In this document: piece after piece, positions 10,652-21,000 of the stretch
Numbering within the stretch: position 1 is the first letter of the stretch
How the letters are laid out: each line of letters begins with the position of its first letter
Assembly: GCA_043822705.1 (NCBI GenBank)
Contig: JBDRBK010000082.1
Span: 34,565-98,564, forward strand
Source: Fidelibacterota bacterium
Lineage (GTDB): Bacteria; Fidelibacterota; Marinisomatia; Marinisomatales; TCS56
Direction: 5' to 3'
Length of the DNA stretch: 64,000 nt
Notes under the pieces: generated by a model
What the model was told of the DNA's origin: nothing
The model's input: only the letters and a program-made list of their open reading frames with translations
Databases searched by the model: none
Translations under genes and position numbers: made by a program

Positions 10652-11584
10652 ATGAAAAACATACTCCTCGCCCTCGTGCTTGCCGGAGCCGTTAACGCGG
10701 CCGACCAGCCGGCCGTTTCAACCGTCGGACAACCGGTACTGGTGCTCGATACCGATCAATATTTCATGTGCCCCAAATGGTCGCCCATCGGCACCGACCT
10801 GGCCCTGACCGGCCCCAATTATAGTAGTATTTATCTATATTTCTTCAACGCCAATGAGGTCCGGATGATATCCGATAAACCGGGGACCGGGTTTGGGATG
10901 AGCTGGTCGCATGATGGTAAATCGATTGCCGCCCGGGTCTCAAAATATGAAAACCGGCGCCGCTGGAGTTCCATCGCTGTTTATACTCTGGAGAATAGTC
11001 AGGAAGATTTGATTACGGATTATGTAAAACTCCTGCCAGGTGAGTTGGCATGGTCGGATAACGATGATATGATATACCTTAAATATTCGAACCCACAAAT
11101 ATTTTCCATTCCGGGTAAAGCCCCATCGCTACCGCGGGCGGATGAAACCATATATTATGTTGACGACAATAAGATTGTCAGTCAATCCCTGTCTGGTAGC
11201 GACACCAATATTTTAATCAGCGTCAACAATACGATCCTGGAACCAGTATTATCTCCCGATGGACAGAAAATCGCTTATTTTGTATATGGCGGTAACCTTT
11301 GGGTCACCGATCTTGTAAAAGGAACGTCTATCGATCTTGGGAAAGGTGAGCATCCCACCTGGAGTGCCGACAGCCGGAAACTGGCCTACATGATTACTGA
11401 GGACGATGGTCATGTATTGACCCAGTCTGATATTTATGTAATAAATATTGACGGAACTGGGATGATTAATCTCACGGACAGTCCCGAAAAATATGAGATG
11501 CACCCTGACTGGTCCCCTGATGGCAGATGGATTGCTTATGATACCAACGAAGATGGAAAAATCTGGATGCAAGAGGTACGCTGA
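10652..11584 (+). CDS. TolB-like PD40 beta-propeller protein
   Basis: Signal peptide; repeated PKWSP, WSHDGKSIA, LSPDGQKIAY, PDWSPDGRWIAY; stop overlaps the next ATG. Confidence 0.85.
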   Translation: MKNILLALVLAGAVNAADQPAVSTVGQPVLVLDTDQYFMCPKWSPIGTDLALTGPNYSSIYLYFFNANEVRMISDKPGTGFGMSWSHDGKSIAARVSKYENRRRWSSIAVYTLENSQEDLITDYVKLLPGELAWSDNDDMIYLKYSNPQIFSIPGKAPSLPRADETIYYVDDNKIVSQSLSGSDTNILISVNNTILEPVLSPDGQKIAYFVYGGNLWVTDLVKGTSIDLGKGEHPTWSADSRKLAYMITEDDGHVLTQSDIYVINIDGTGMINLTDSPEKYEMHPDWSPDGRWIAYDTNEDGKIWMQEVR

Positions 11585-14088
11585 TGCTGTTGAAGCAAAT
11601 AAAATTAAGTCTGATATTATTATTTCTGGTTTCACTCCTGAATGCTCAGGCTACTGGTTTGGCCGGGTGGGACATCTGCCTGGACCCGGGCCACAGCATT
11701 AAACAGAATATGGGTGTATTCAATTACTCGGAAGCAATGAAGAATCTGTATGTGAGTCGCAATCTGCGCGATATATTGCAAACCTACAGTGATATTGATA
11801 CAGTTTATGTTACTCGCAATGACTCGATTTATGATTATTCATTAAGCTCACGCACGACTTATGCCAATAGTTTAAAAAACTATGTTGGTGCAACCTGGTT
11901 CCACTCAATTCATAGTAATGCCGGTGGTGCCTCGGCCAACAGTACATTAATGCTTTGGGCCCAGAATTATAATGGTTCGGAACATAAGGTCGGTAGCAAG
12001 GCCATGGCAGATATTATGGTGGAATGGTTGACGGCTGGGATGCGAACCTATACCAGTGGATCAATTGGAGATTGTGTATTTTACGGGGAATCCTGTCCCA
12101 GAAATTATGTTACCAAGTACACTACCATGCCCGGCGAGTTGAGTGAAGCCGGTTTTCATACCAATGAACGCCAGAACCAGCTGAACATGAACGCCGAATG
12201 GAAACGGATGGAAGCCTGGACTTTTTACTGGTCTATCCTGGATTATCACGATATTGATTGGCCGGCCGTCGGTATCGCAGCCGGGATAATCACCGATTAC
12301 GAGACTTACCAGCCAATCAATGGCGCTACCGTGCAACTTAATGGTGAAACCTATACAACTGATACATACGAGTCATTATTCAATCAGTATTCCACCGATC
12401 CCGAAAAATTGCGCAACGGGTTTTATTATTTTGAAGGATTACCGAATACCAGTCTAGAAATGGTTGTCAGCGCCCCGGATTATTACCCGGATACATTACT
12501 GGTCACAATCGTCGACACTTTCATAACCTTCAAGGATATTAAACTGGTGTCTTCAGTTCCACCATACATAACCGGGAGTTTGCCGGTCGAGGGTGATACA
12601 TCCTACCCGGCCATCGATGATATTATTATCAAATTCAGTCGTACGATGGATCGGTCGTCGGTCGAAGCGGCTTTTTCAATTTCACCAGCCGTTCCCGGTG
12701 TTTTCTTGTGGAAGGATAATTACCGCGAACTGACCTACCGCCCCGATGCCCTCGATTATAAGGTTGATTACACAATAACAATTGCCGATTTGGCCTTTGA
12801 CAGTTATGATCATTATCTGGATGGCGACGGAGACGGAACCCAGGGCGGTGATTATGTACTTCAATTTCGTTCCAGTGCCGAGGATACTTACCCGCCTGAA
12901 ATTCTGTCGGTGTATCCGGCCGCCACATCCAGTAATATTGAATTACAGCCGATTATCAGTTTTGTATACAATGAAATCATTGGTCCCGATTCACTGGTCG
13001 CCGCGAACATCAAATTGCAACGTCTGGCCGATTACACCTATGTACCGGTCGTTGTAGAAAACCACCGAGTTAAAAAGCGCAGTGTAATCAATGTCTTTCC
13101 CGTCAGTCCTTTGCCTGCTGATGAGGTGTTTGTTTCCCGGATAGCTCCCGGGCTGGCTGATCTGTCAGGTAATGCCACCACTTCCTATAAATCCTTCAGT
13201 TTTCAAACCGGTACTACCGGCTGGGATATAACCGGCATTGATAATTTCAACTCCGGTGTAACCTCCAACTGGTGGGAACCGGCTTCCAGCGGATCGACAA
13301 CCGGCTATATCGCCGACAGTACCGGCCGCACAGTCCGCTCGGATATTGTTAATCATTTAACCTCCAGTACGAATGCACTTGAGATCAACTATGGTTGGGA
13401 CCTTGATAAAACCGAATGGTTGCTGCGTGAATACCTGTCTGGCGGCACTCCGCGGAATGTCATTTTCAACAGCTCCTATCGGATGCAGGCTTATGTCTTT
13501 GGAACCGGCAGTGGTGTGAAATTGCGGTTTGCAGTGGATGACCATTATCCAGCTACAGCAGCGGAGTATCATGAAGCCAGCCCCTGGTTTACCATCGACT
13601 GGTATGGCTGGAAGCTGGTTTCCTGGGACATTGCGAATGAATCCGGCACCTGGCTGGGCGACGGTAACCTCGATGGTAACTTGCGCTTTGACAGTATTCA
13701 ACTGACCTATGCTCCCGGTTCCGATCAGTTTGGGTCGGTTATTATTGATGATTTGCGGTTGATTAAACCGGTTACGGTTGGCGTAGAAGCCGCCGGTTTT
13801 ACTCAACCTCTGGAATACAGCCTGGCGGCTAATTATCCCAATCCTTTCAACCCGGTAACCAATATCAGTTTTACGATACCGGAAGCCGGGCAGATTTCTC
13901 TGGCAGTCTATGATATTAGTGGACGGTTGGTTAGAACCTTAGTCCGGCATGACCTCACCGCGGGACAACATCATGTGGAGTGGGATGGAACCAACAATAA
14001 CGGTGAATTACAAGCCAGTGGTGTATATTTTTATCGCCTGTCCGGTGATGATGTAAATTTGTCGCGCCGAATGACCTTGATCAAATAG
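11584..14088 (+). CDS. Secreted N-acetylmuramoyl-L-alanine amidase (Amidase_3) + Ig-like domains + CBM-like domain + T9SS/FlgD-Ig CTD
   Basis: Zn/catalytic motifs CLDPGH, SEAMKN, SIHSNA, LSEAGFH; two Big_5-like domains; NYPNPFNP CTD. Confidence 0.88.
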   Translation: MLLKQIKLSLILLFLVSLLNAQATGLAGWDICLDPGHSIKQNMGVFNYSEAMKNLYVSRNLRDILQTYSDIDTVYVTRNDSIYDYSLSSRTTYANSLKNYVGATWFHSIHSNAGGASANSTLMLWAQNYNGSEHKVGSKAMADIMVEWLTAGMRTYTSGSIGDCVFYGESCPRNYVTKYTTMPGELSEAGFHTNERQNQLNMNAEWKRMEAWTFYWSILDYHDIDWPAVGIAAGIITDYETYQPINGATVQLNGETYTTDTYESLFNQYSTDPEKLRNGFYYFEGLPNTSLEMVVSAPDYYPDTLLVTIVDTFITFKDIKLVSSVPPYITGSLPVEGDTSYPAIDDIIIKFSRTMDRSSVEAAFSISPAVPGVFLWKDNYRELTYRPDALDYKVDYTITIADLAFDSYDHYLDGDGDGTQGGDYVLQFRSSAEDTYPPEILSVYPAATSSNIELQPIISFVYNEIIGPDSLVAANIKLQRLADYTYVPVVVENHRVKKRSVINVFPVSPLPADEVFVSRIAPGLADLSGNATTSYKSFSFQTGTTGWDITGIDNFNSGVTSNWWEPASSGSTTGYIADSTGRTVRSDIVNHLTSSTNALEINYGWDLDKTEWLLREYLSGGTPRNVIFNSSYRMQAYVFGTGSGVKLRFAVDDHYPATAAEYHEASPWFTIDWYGWKLVSWDIANESGTWLGDGNLDGNLRFDSIQLTYAPGSDQFGSVIIDDLRLIKPVTVGVEAAGFTQPLEYSLAANYPNPFNPVTNISFTIPEAGQISLAVYDISGRLVRTLVRHDLTAGQHHVEWDGTNNNGELQASGVYFYRLSGDDVNLSRRMTLIK

Positions 14089-14181
14089 AATTAGCAGCAG
14101 ATTCCCGGTATTATGAATCCACCAGATTCACCAGTCGCCTTGTTCCTGGGTAAGGTGCTGCTAATTCAATAAGGAGAAGAT

Positions 14182-15108
14182 ATGCATTTAAGAACTGTGT
14201 TTTTAATTGGTATGTTTATTACCGGAGCGTTCGCACAGCCTCCTTTGGTGAAAAGTATTGTGCCGTTGTTTAGTGAAACCAGGGAACAATACTATCACCC
14301 ACAGTTTAGTCCTGATGATTCCAGGCTTTTATTGACCAAATCGAACTTCCAGGGATTATTTGAATATCACCTGGAAACTGGTGACCTGAAAACGGTGACT
14401 GATGAGACGGGGGCCGGCTACCAACCAGCCTATTCAGTTGACGGGCAAACCATCTACTATCGAACGAGCGTCATGAATGACAGGCAAAATTATTTCTCTC
14501 TTGTAAGATATAATTCTGCTACCGGAGAAAAAATTATTGTTGAAGCAGGAAAAAGAGATTTGTCACCACCGCAAAATTTAGCTTCCGGTAGCGTGGTTTA
14601 TACAACAGACAATGAAATTCGAGAAATTGAGATTGCTGTTCGGCAAAAAAAGGCCGTGTGCAGCACCCCGTATGCTCAGATTCATGAAAGCAAGTCCATA
14701 CGGATAACAGCTGGTGAAGAAGCTAAGGTCATTCAGCCTAAAGGGAATAGGATGTATTTGTGGCCCTCTGTCTCACCGGATAGCAACAGGCTGTTGTTTA
14801 CAGTAGCTGGAATGGGCACATTTATTTCGGATCTGGATGGAAATATTTTAGTCGAGCTTGGTCAAGCAAACGTGCCTTCATGGTCGCCTGACGGGAAATG
14901 GATCGTTTTTATGCGCGATATTGATGATGGTCATTTGATTACCGCATCAGATATATACATAGCAAACGCCGATGGTAGCTCGGTAATGAATATTACCAGC
15001 ACACCAAATATTATTGAGCTGTATCCAAACTGGAGCCATGAAGGAAGTAAAATTGTATGTTCCACTGATGACGGTGCCATTTATCTGATTAATCTGGAAT
15101 GGAAATAA
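14182..15108 (+). CDS. TolB-like PD40 beta-propeller protein
   Basis: Signal peptide; PQFSPD, PSWSPDGKWIVF, DDGHLITASDIY (shared with the 10652 paralogue); RBS AAGGAG. Confidence 0.85.
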   Translation: MHLRTVFLIGMFITGAFAQPPLVKSIVPLFSETREQYYHPQFSPDDSRLLLTKSNFQGLFEYHLETGDLKTVTDETGAGYQPAYSVDGQTIYYRTSVMNDRQNYFSLVRYNSATGEKIIVEAGKRDLSPPQNLASGSVVYTTDNEIREIEIAVRQKKAVCSTPYAQIHESKSIRITAGEEAKVIQPKGNRMYLWPSVSPDSNRLLFTVAGMGTFISDLDGNILVELGQANVPSWSPDGKWIVFMRDIDDGHLITASDIYIANADGSSVMNITSTPNIIELYPNWSHEGSKIVCSTDDGAIYLINLEWK

Positions 15109-15117
15109 GGGACGGAC

Positions 15118-17379
15118 ATGCGAAAAATTATTATCATGTTCGGAATGCTTGTTTCCAGTGCTTTTACCCAGGATCTGACCGGTATAAAAATCTGTATTGA
15201 TGCCGGCCACGGCGGACACGAATCGGACGACCGCCATATCCTGGCAACCGATTTCTGGGAATCGGAAAGTAATTTGACCAAAGCGCTGGAACTGGACGTA
15301 CTCCTTTCTGCACTAGGTGCCGATGTTCTGCTGACTCGCTATGCCAACGATGATAATGTAGCGGATGATCCGAGTCTTTCCCAGCGTGTAGCGATTGCCA
15401 ATCAATTCAGTGCCGATTTTTTCCACTCGATTCACAGTAATGGCTATAATGGGGAACGGAACTCGACGCTGATGCTGTTTCAGGGCTTTGACAATGATCC
15501 GACTTGGGACGAGGCTAAGGAGTTGTCTGATATTATGGCAGTCGAGCTGTATGATGCACACCGCACGACAGCCTACTCCGTACGGGGTGATTTCGATTTT
15601 TACGGGACCGGTGAGGCCTACCTGGGCGTACTGAAAGGTTTAACTATGCCCGGAACGCTGTCCGAAGGATCATTCCATGATTATATACCGGAGTCCTGGC
15701 GATTGCAGAACCTGGATTACCGGAAACATGAATCCTGGGCGATTGCCCGTTCTTTAATCGCCTATTACACTGCGGGAAGCTATGGCGTTGGTGAAATTGC
15801 CGGTGTAGTGCGTAATAATGAAATGACGGTTGACTATTTTTATCTCACCGCTACCAATGATGCCAAAGCACCGGTAAACGATATAACGGTGACTGTAACC
15901 CCTGGCGATCTTATCTATTACGGCGATGAACTCAATAATGGTTTTTTCCTGTTTGATTCATTATCGCCGGGGCAATACAAGGTTGTTTTTGAGGCAACTA
16001 ATTTTGATAAGGATTCGATAACGATAACGGTTACGGCCAATCAAACAATTTTCGCCGATTGCTGGCTGACACCGGACAGCAACTGGGTGGCACCGCCCGA
16101 AATTCCGGAAAATATCCGCGTGCACAGCATTGATGACACTTCCATCAGGATCGATTGTGCCGAAACGGCTCGCGCTGACAGCTATATTGCATATATCAGC
16201 ACGGATGGAATTGCCTTTGTCGATTCGGTAGTGGCGCCTGACAGCAGTATCCTGATAACGGGATTGACCGAAAACCAACCCTATTATTTCAAACTGAAAA
16301 CTAAAAATGGTACTGGGACTTCGTCTACTACAAAAAAAGTATATGGTGGTGCTCCTTCGTCCGGCGATCTTAATATTTTGTTGGTCAACGGTTTCGATCG
16401 CAGTACGAATACCAGCAACGATTATGTCCGCTTTTACGGAACCCCGATCACAGCCAATGGGTATGGTTTTTCGTATTGCTTGAATGAGGAGGTGTATCAG
16501 GATCGGATTTCACTGCTGAATTATGACGTGGTGGTCTGGGCTTTAGGTGATGAAAGTACTCTCGATGAAACCTTCAATTCAGTCGAACAGGACCGGGTAG
16601 AAGCATACCTGAAAGCAGGTGGATATTTGTTTGTGTCAGGTGCTGAAATTGGCTGGGACCTGGAGGCGAAAGGCACTACCAGCGATATTGCTTTTTACCA
16701 TAATTATCTAAAGGCGGATTACATCGCCGATGCACCGGATAATAAAAGTGCGACCTATTATTCAGCTACCGCCGTTCCGACTAAAATATTTTCTGGTATT
16801 TCCGACGTTTATTTCGATAACGGCACCCATGGTACGGTCGATATTGACTGGCCCGATGCCATAGCGCCGTATGGTGGTTCGGAGACAATCATGATATATA
16901 AGGGCGCTACACAATCCAACATTGCAGCTGTTGCTTTTGAAGGCACATTTCCAGCTGGTTCCATAGCCGGTAAATTAATCCATATGGCCTTTCCGTTTGA
17001 AACTATCTATAATGTGGACAGCCGAATTGAAGTGATGACCAAGGTGCTGGGATTTTTTAATGGAACTAATGTAGCTGTCGAAGATCAGTTGATTGAGCTA
17101 AGGGAAATAGCATTGCGTCAAAATTATCCCAACCCATTCAACCCGGTGACGAATATTAGTTTTACTTTGTCCAGGACCGATCGAGTGATGCTGGCAGTCT
17201 ATGATATCAGTGGACGGCTGGTGAAAACAATTACCTGCGACGATTATAAAGCTGGTCAACATTTCGTCCAGTGGGATGGTACGAACAACGTTGGTGAATC
17301 CCAGGCCAGCGGTATATATTTTTATCGTCTTACCGCTACTGATATTAATTTGTCACGACGGATGACACTTCTCAAATAG
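15118..17379 (+). CDS. Secreted N-acetylmuramoyl-L-alanine amidase (Amidase_3) + FN3 + T9SS CTD
   Basis: CIDAGHGG, WESESN, SIHSN, LSEGSFH motifs; FN3 (ITGLTENQPYYFKL); NYPNPFNP CTD. Confidence 0.88.
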   Translation: MRKIIIMFGMLVSSAFTQDLTGIKICIDAGHGGHESDDRHILATDFWESESNLTKALELDVLLSALGADVLLTRYANDDNVADDPSLSQRVAIANQFSADFFHSIHSNGYNGERNSTLMLFQGFDNDPTWDEAKELSDIMAVELYDAHRTTAYSVRGDFDFYGTGEAYLGVLKGLTMPGTLSEGSFHDYIPESWRLQNLDYRKHESWAIARSLIAYYTAGSYGVGEIAGVVRNNEMTVDYFYLTATNDAKAPVNDITVTVTPGDLIYYGDELNNGFFLFDSLSPGQYKVVFEATNFDKDSITITVTANQTIFADCWLTPDSNWVAPPEIPENIRVHSIDDTSIRIDCAETARADSYIAYISTDGIAFVDSVVAPDSSILITGLTENQPYYFKLKTKNGTGTSSTTKKVYGGAPSSGDLNILLVNGFDRSTNTSNDYVRFYGTPITANGYGFSYCLNEEVYQDRISLLNYDVVVWALGDESTLDETFNSVEQDRVEAYLKAGGYLFVSGAEIGWDLEAKGTTSDIAFYHNYLKADYIADAPDNKSATYYSATAVPTKIFSGISDVYFDNGTHGTVDIDWPDAIAPYGGSETIMIYKGATQSNIAAVAFEGTFPAGSIAGKLIHMAFPFETIYNVDSRIEVMTKVLGFFNGTNVAVEDQLIELREIALRQNYPNPFNPVTNISFTLSRTDRVMLAVYDISGRLVKTITCDDYKAGQHFVQWDGTNNVGESQASGIYFYRLTATDINLSRRMTLLK

Positions 17380-17387
17380 GTGAATAA

Positions 17388-18014
17388 ATGGCAAAACCAA
17401 AAGTAATTCAATTTGTTACAACCATTTTGCTGATCGGACTATTATTATCCGGCTGCGGAGAACCAAATAAAATTGATTTTCCGACTGGATTGAAAACCGG
17501 TGATCTGATTTTCCTGAGAGCTAATCGCAGTGAATTCTGGAAGGCGGCCGGGAATCGTTTTGGAAACATCGGTATAGTCATGGATAATCGTGGCAAACAA
17601 CAGGTACTTTCAGTAAATAATAATGTTCGTTTTATTGCGATCGATGAATTCACTGCTCGAAAGCGTTTTGAGGTACGACGTTTGCTGAATTATGACCAGT
17701 ATCTGCATCCTGGTGCTATTCGGGAAATTCATATGATAGCCAAGCGCTTGCTGAATACGCCGGAAGATCGTGAGTTAGCCTGGGATAATTCTAAATTCTA
17801 CTCGGCTGAATTGGTATGGAAAGTCTATTATGAATTGCTCATGATGGTAGAATTGAGCAAACCCGGCATTTCCAGTGATATTGATTGGACCAAACCGGCG
17901 ATCAGGAATTACATGAATCAGTATATGAATGGTCAGGTTCCCAAAATTCAGACGCTCATATTGCCTGATGCACTATATAGTTCCAAATTACTGGAAACAG
18001 TCTACCAGCGCTGA
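17388..18014 (+). CDS. YiiX/YebB-like permuted NlpC/P60 lipoprotein, catalytic residues substituted
   Basis: Lipobox LSGC; LKTGDLIF, W.NSKFYSAELVWKVY and LPDALYSSKLL match the family pattern, but His and Cys are absent. Confidence 0.7.
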   Translation: MAKPKVIQFVTTILLIGLLLSGCGEPNKIDFPTGLKTGDLIFLRANRSEFWKAAGNRFGNIGIVMDNRGKQQVLSVNNNVRFIAIDEFTARKRFEVRRLLNYDQYLHPGAIREIHMIAKRLLNTPEDRELAWDNSKFYSAELVWKVYYELLMMVELSKPGISSDIDWTKPAIRNYMNQYMNGQVPKIQTLILPDALYSSKLLETVYQR

Positions 18015-18032
18015 CCGGACCCGGTTAATATT

Positions 18033-18063
18033 AAAAAGCCCCGTCGGGAAGACGGGGCTTTTT
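18033..18063. terminator. Bidirectional Rho-independent terminator
   Basis: AAAAAGCCCCGTC-GGGAA-GACGGGGCTTTTT between convergent genes. Confidence 0.9.
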
Positions 18064-18068
18064 GTCTT

Positions 18069-21000
18069 CTACTTCAAATATAATAGTCGCCGGTGCAGCA
18101 GTGTCGATCCGGCTTCCAGTCGGTAGATATAGGTCCCGGAAGCGATCTGCTGGCCGAAATCATTCCGGCCGTCCCAGATCAGAGTGTGATACCCGGGCGA
18201 ATAATAACCATCAGCCAGAGTGCGCACGTGCTGACCGAGAATGTTATAAATATCCAGGCGCAGGTCGCCGGCCAGCGGTGCCGTGAAGGCAATCGTGGTG
18301 CTGGGGTTGAACGGATTGGGGTAATTCTGATGGAGCACGTAATTCTCCGGTTGCAGTGCCGGTTCAATTTCCGTGGCCAGCTCGATCGATTTTTTCACGA
18401 CCCGCAGATCGTCGAAATAGAGCGTGCCGCTGACGGCGCCCTGTTCCCGGTCGTAGGTCAACTGAAAACTGTCGATACGCATGGTGCCATTCAAAACACC
18501 ATCACCCAGCCAGGTACCGGTCTCACCGGCACTCAGGTCCCATGAAATCAGTTTCCAGCCGATCCAGTCGATCGTGTACCAGGGACTGACTTCATGGTTA
18601 CTGCCGGTTTCCACCGGCAGATTATCGTCCAGCGCAAAGCGCAGCTTATTCATGCTGCCGTCGCCAAATACATAACACTGCAGGATATAGGTATTATCGA
18701 ATTCGACCGCACGCGGCGTTCCGCCAGACAAATATTCCCGGATCATATTGGTAGCTGCGGCGGTGTCCCAAAGGTAATCGAGACGCCCCGTTTTGTAGGG
18801 TGCGGTACCGGGTACATAAGCCAGACTGCTGGTGGACCATAATGTACCGGGTTTCAGAATGCCGCTGGTCGTGCCGCTGCCGTCCGGTTGCCACCAATTG
18901 GACGTGAGTGAAAAATTATCGATCAGACGAATTTCATCATACTTGGTAGTGTCGGTACGGAACATGGCCGTTTCTTCGATAAAAGCATTGTCACTGGTAT
19001 CGGTTATGACGCCGGTGAGGGTCAGGTTGTATAGGGCGTTGGACTCAAAACCGGATTCCGGACGGATACTGACCACGGACTGTACGCCGACCTGGGTATG
19101 ATTGATAACTGCCGTGACCGGATTTCCCCGATGGCTCAGTCGAAAAGCGTCGGTTGTTATCGTTGTCGCTTCGATGATTTCATCGAAAACGATACTCAGC
19201 ACATCATTGACGTCAATGCCGCTGGTAGTATCACCGAAAGTCAGGTTGGTCCGGGCAATTTCCGGTGGGAATTCATCGACCAGAGCGGTGCTGAAATTCA
19301 GGATGAAGGAACCACCGGGCTGGCCGTCGCCGTCGGCATCCAGTCGAACGCCATTGACATCGCTGGCGGAGGAATCGATTTTCAACGAGTAGGCGGTGGC
19401 GTAGGCTAGATTGCCGGGGAATTTGATTGTAAGTGACTTGGTCTCATCGGTCCAGGTAAGAGTGTGGGAAGCCGCCGGTGTAATTGTCAGGGCGACGGCT
19501 ACCGCGGCTGTATTCATGTTTTTCGAGAATTTGACTGTCAGTGAGCGATTTACATCAACTGTTTCGCCTTCCGTCGGGTAATGGCTCACGATTGTCGGCG
19601 CCAGCGATGGCAACGAATCGGCCAGCACTGTCGTCGACGGTTCAGACTCTTTCCAGTAGCGATTCAACTGAGTGGCGGCATAGGTATAACGACCGTTGAA
19701 ATCCTGTAGGCCATCGAAGGTTTCGGTAGCCGTAAAACCGTCCGTGCTGAAGTAAATACCAATAATCTGGTCTGATGAAGAATCGATGGTTGCATCATCG
19801 GAGCGATAGACAGCAAACCAGGCGCCCGTGCCGCTTGTGGAGGGCGTCACCGTGAGCTGGTAATTAAAGGAATCGATCACGGTTAATGCCAGTCCCGGGG
19901 CCTCAGGCGCGACACTTTCAGTGTGTGCCGATTCGCGTACCTTAGTGACCCTGGAAAAGAATGTTTCGCCGGCGACTTTCCAGTATTGATGCAGGTCCCA
20001 GAAATCATTCCGGAAGAACTGGAATCCATCAACCCAGGGTACGGTGCGGCTTTTCTCGATGATACTGGGATGGCGCTCCCAGACATTTTCTTCGTCCAGC
20101 CGGTACGAGGCTGGACCGGCGGTGAATAATCGCCCAGCAGCGATTCCCGGCTGGATATAATCTCCCCAGCATTCCGGTGAATAGGCGGTCAGCATGCCGT
20201 AAAAACTGGCAGCGTCCAGCCAGTGGTAATGCATGGGCGTCAGTTGTTCGATGTCACCTTCATTGAACCACAGGGCGGCGTCCTGATAGACTGAGCCGTA
20301 GCCCTGCCAGCCAGACCAGTTATATTTTCCGAGGGCGGCAACCGAGAGGCGCACGTAGGGTTTGACGGTCTGAATCGAGTCATGCAGCATCTGAACAAAG
20401 GTCGTTACGCTGGCGCGCCAGTAATCCTCCCAGGAAGCGTACCCGGCGGGAACGCCGCCGCTGTAGGGATGCTCCAGATCATACAGAAAACGGTTCGGAT
20501 CGGCATAGCGCAGGATTTGAAAATCCTTGGGTTCGTACATGCCGTCCAGCTTGCTGATCTGTTCCAGCTCGGTTTCCCGCAGGGCCCGCATGTCACCAGT
20601 ATCGTATTCGTTCCAGCGGATATAATCCAGGTGCAGGCCGTCCACATCGTAATTGTTGACAATTTCCATAGCTACGTCGCGGGTGTAGTCGCGGACTGCC
20701 GCCAGTCCCGGCGATAGAGCCCGGCTGGATGTCATCGGGTTGCCGCTGCCATCGCGACAGACCCATTCAGGATGCTCGGCGACCGGTGTCCCGGCAACGG
20801 TGGAAGAGGCGTGAAAAACGTTGAACCAGGCGTGCAGCTCGATACCGCGTTTATGCGCCTCGTCCACGGCATAAGCCAGCGGATCGAAACCGGGATCGAT
20901 GCCGCCGGCATAGGCGCCCCAGGGTTCATAACTGGAAGAGTAGTAGGCCGTGCCGCTCTGGCGTACCTGCCACAGGACGGCATTCATATTGGCGGCTTTG

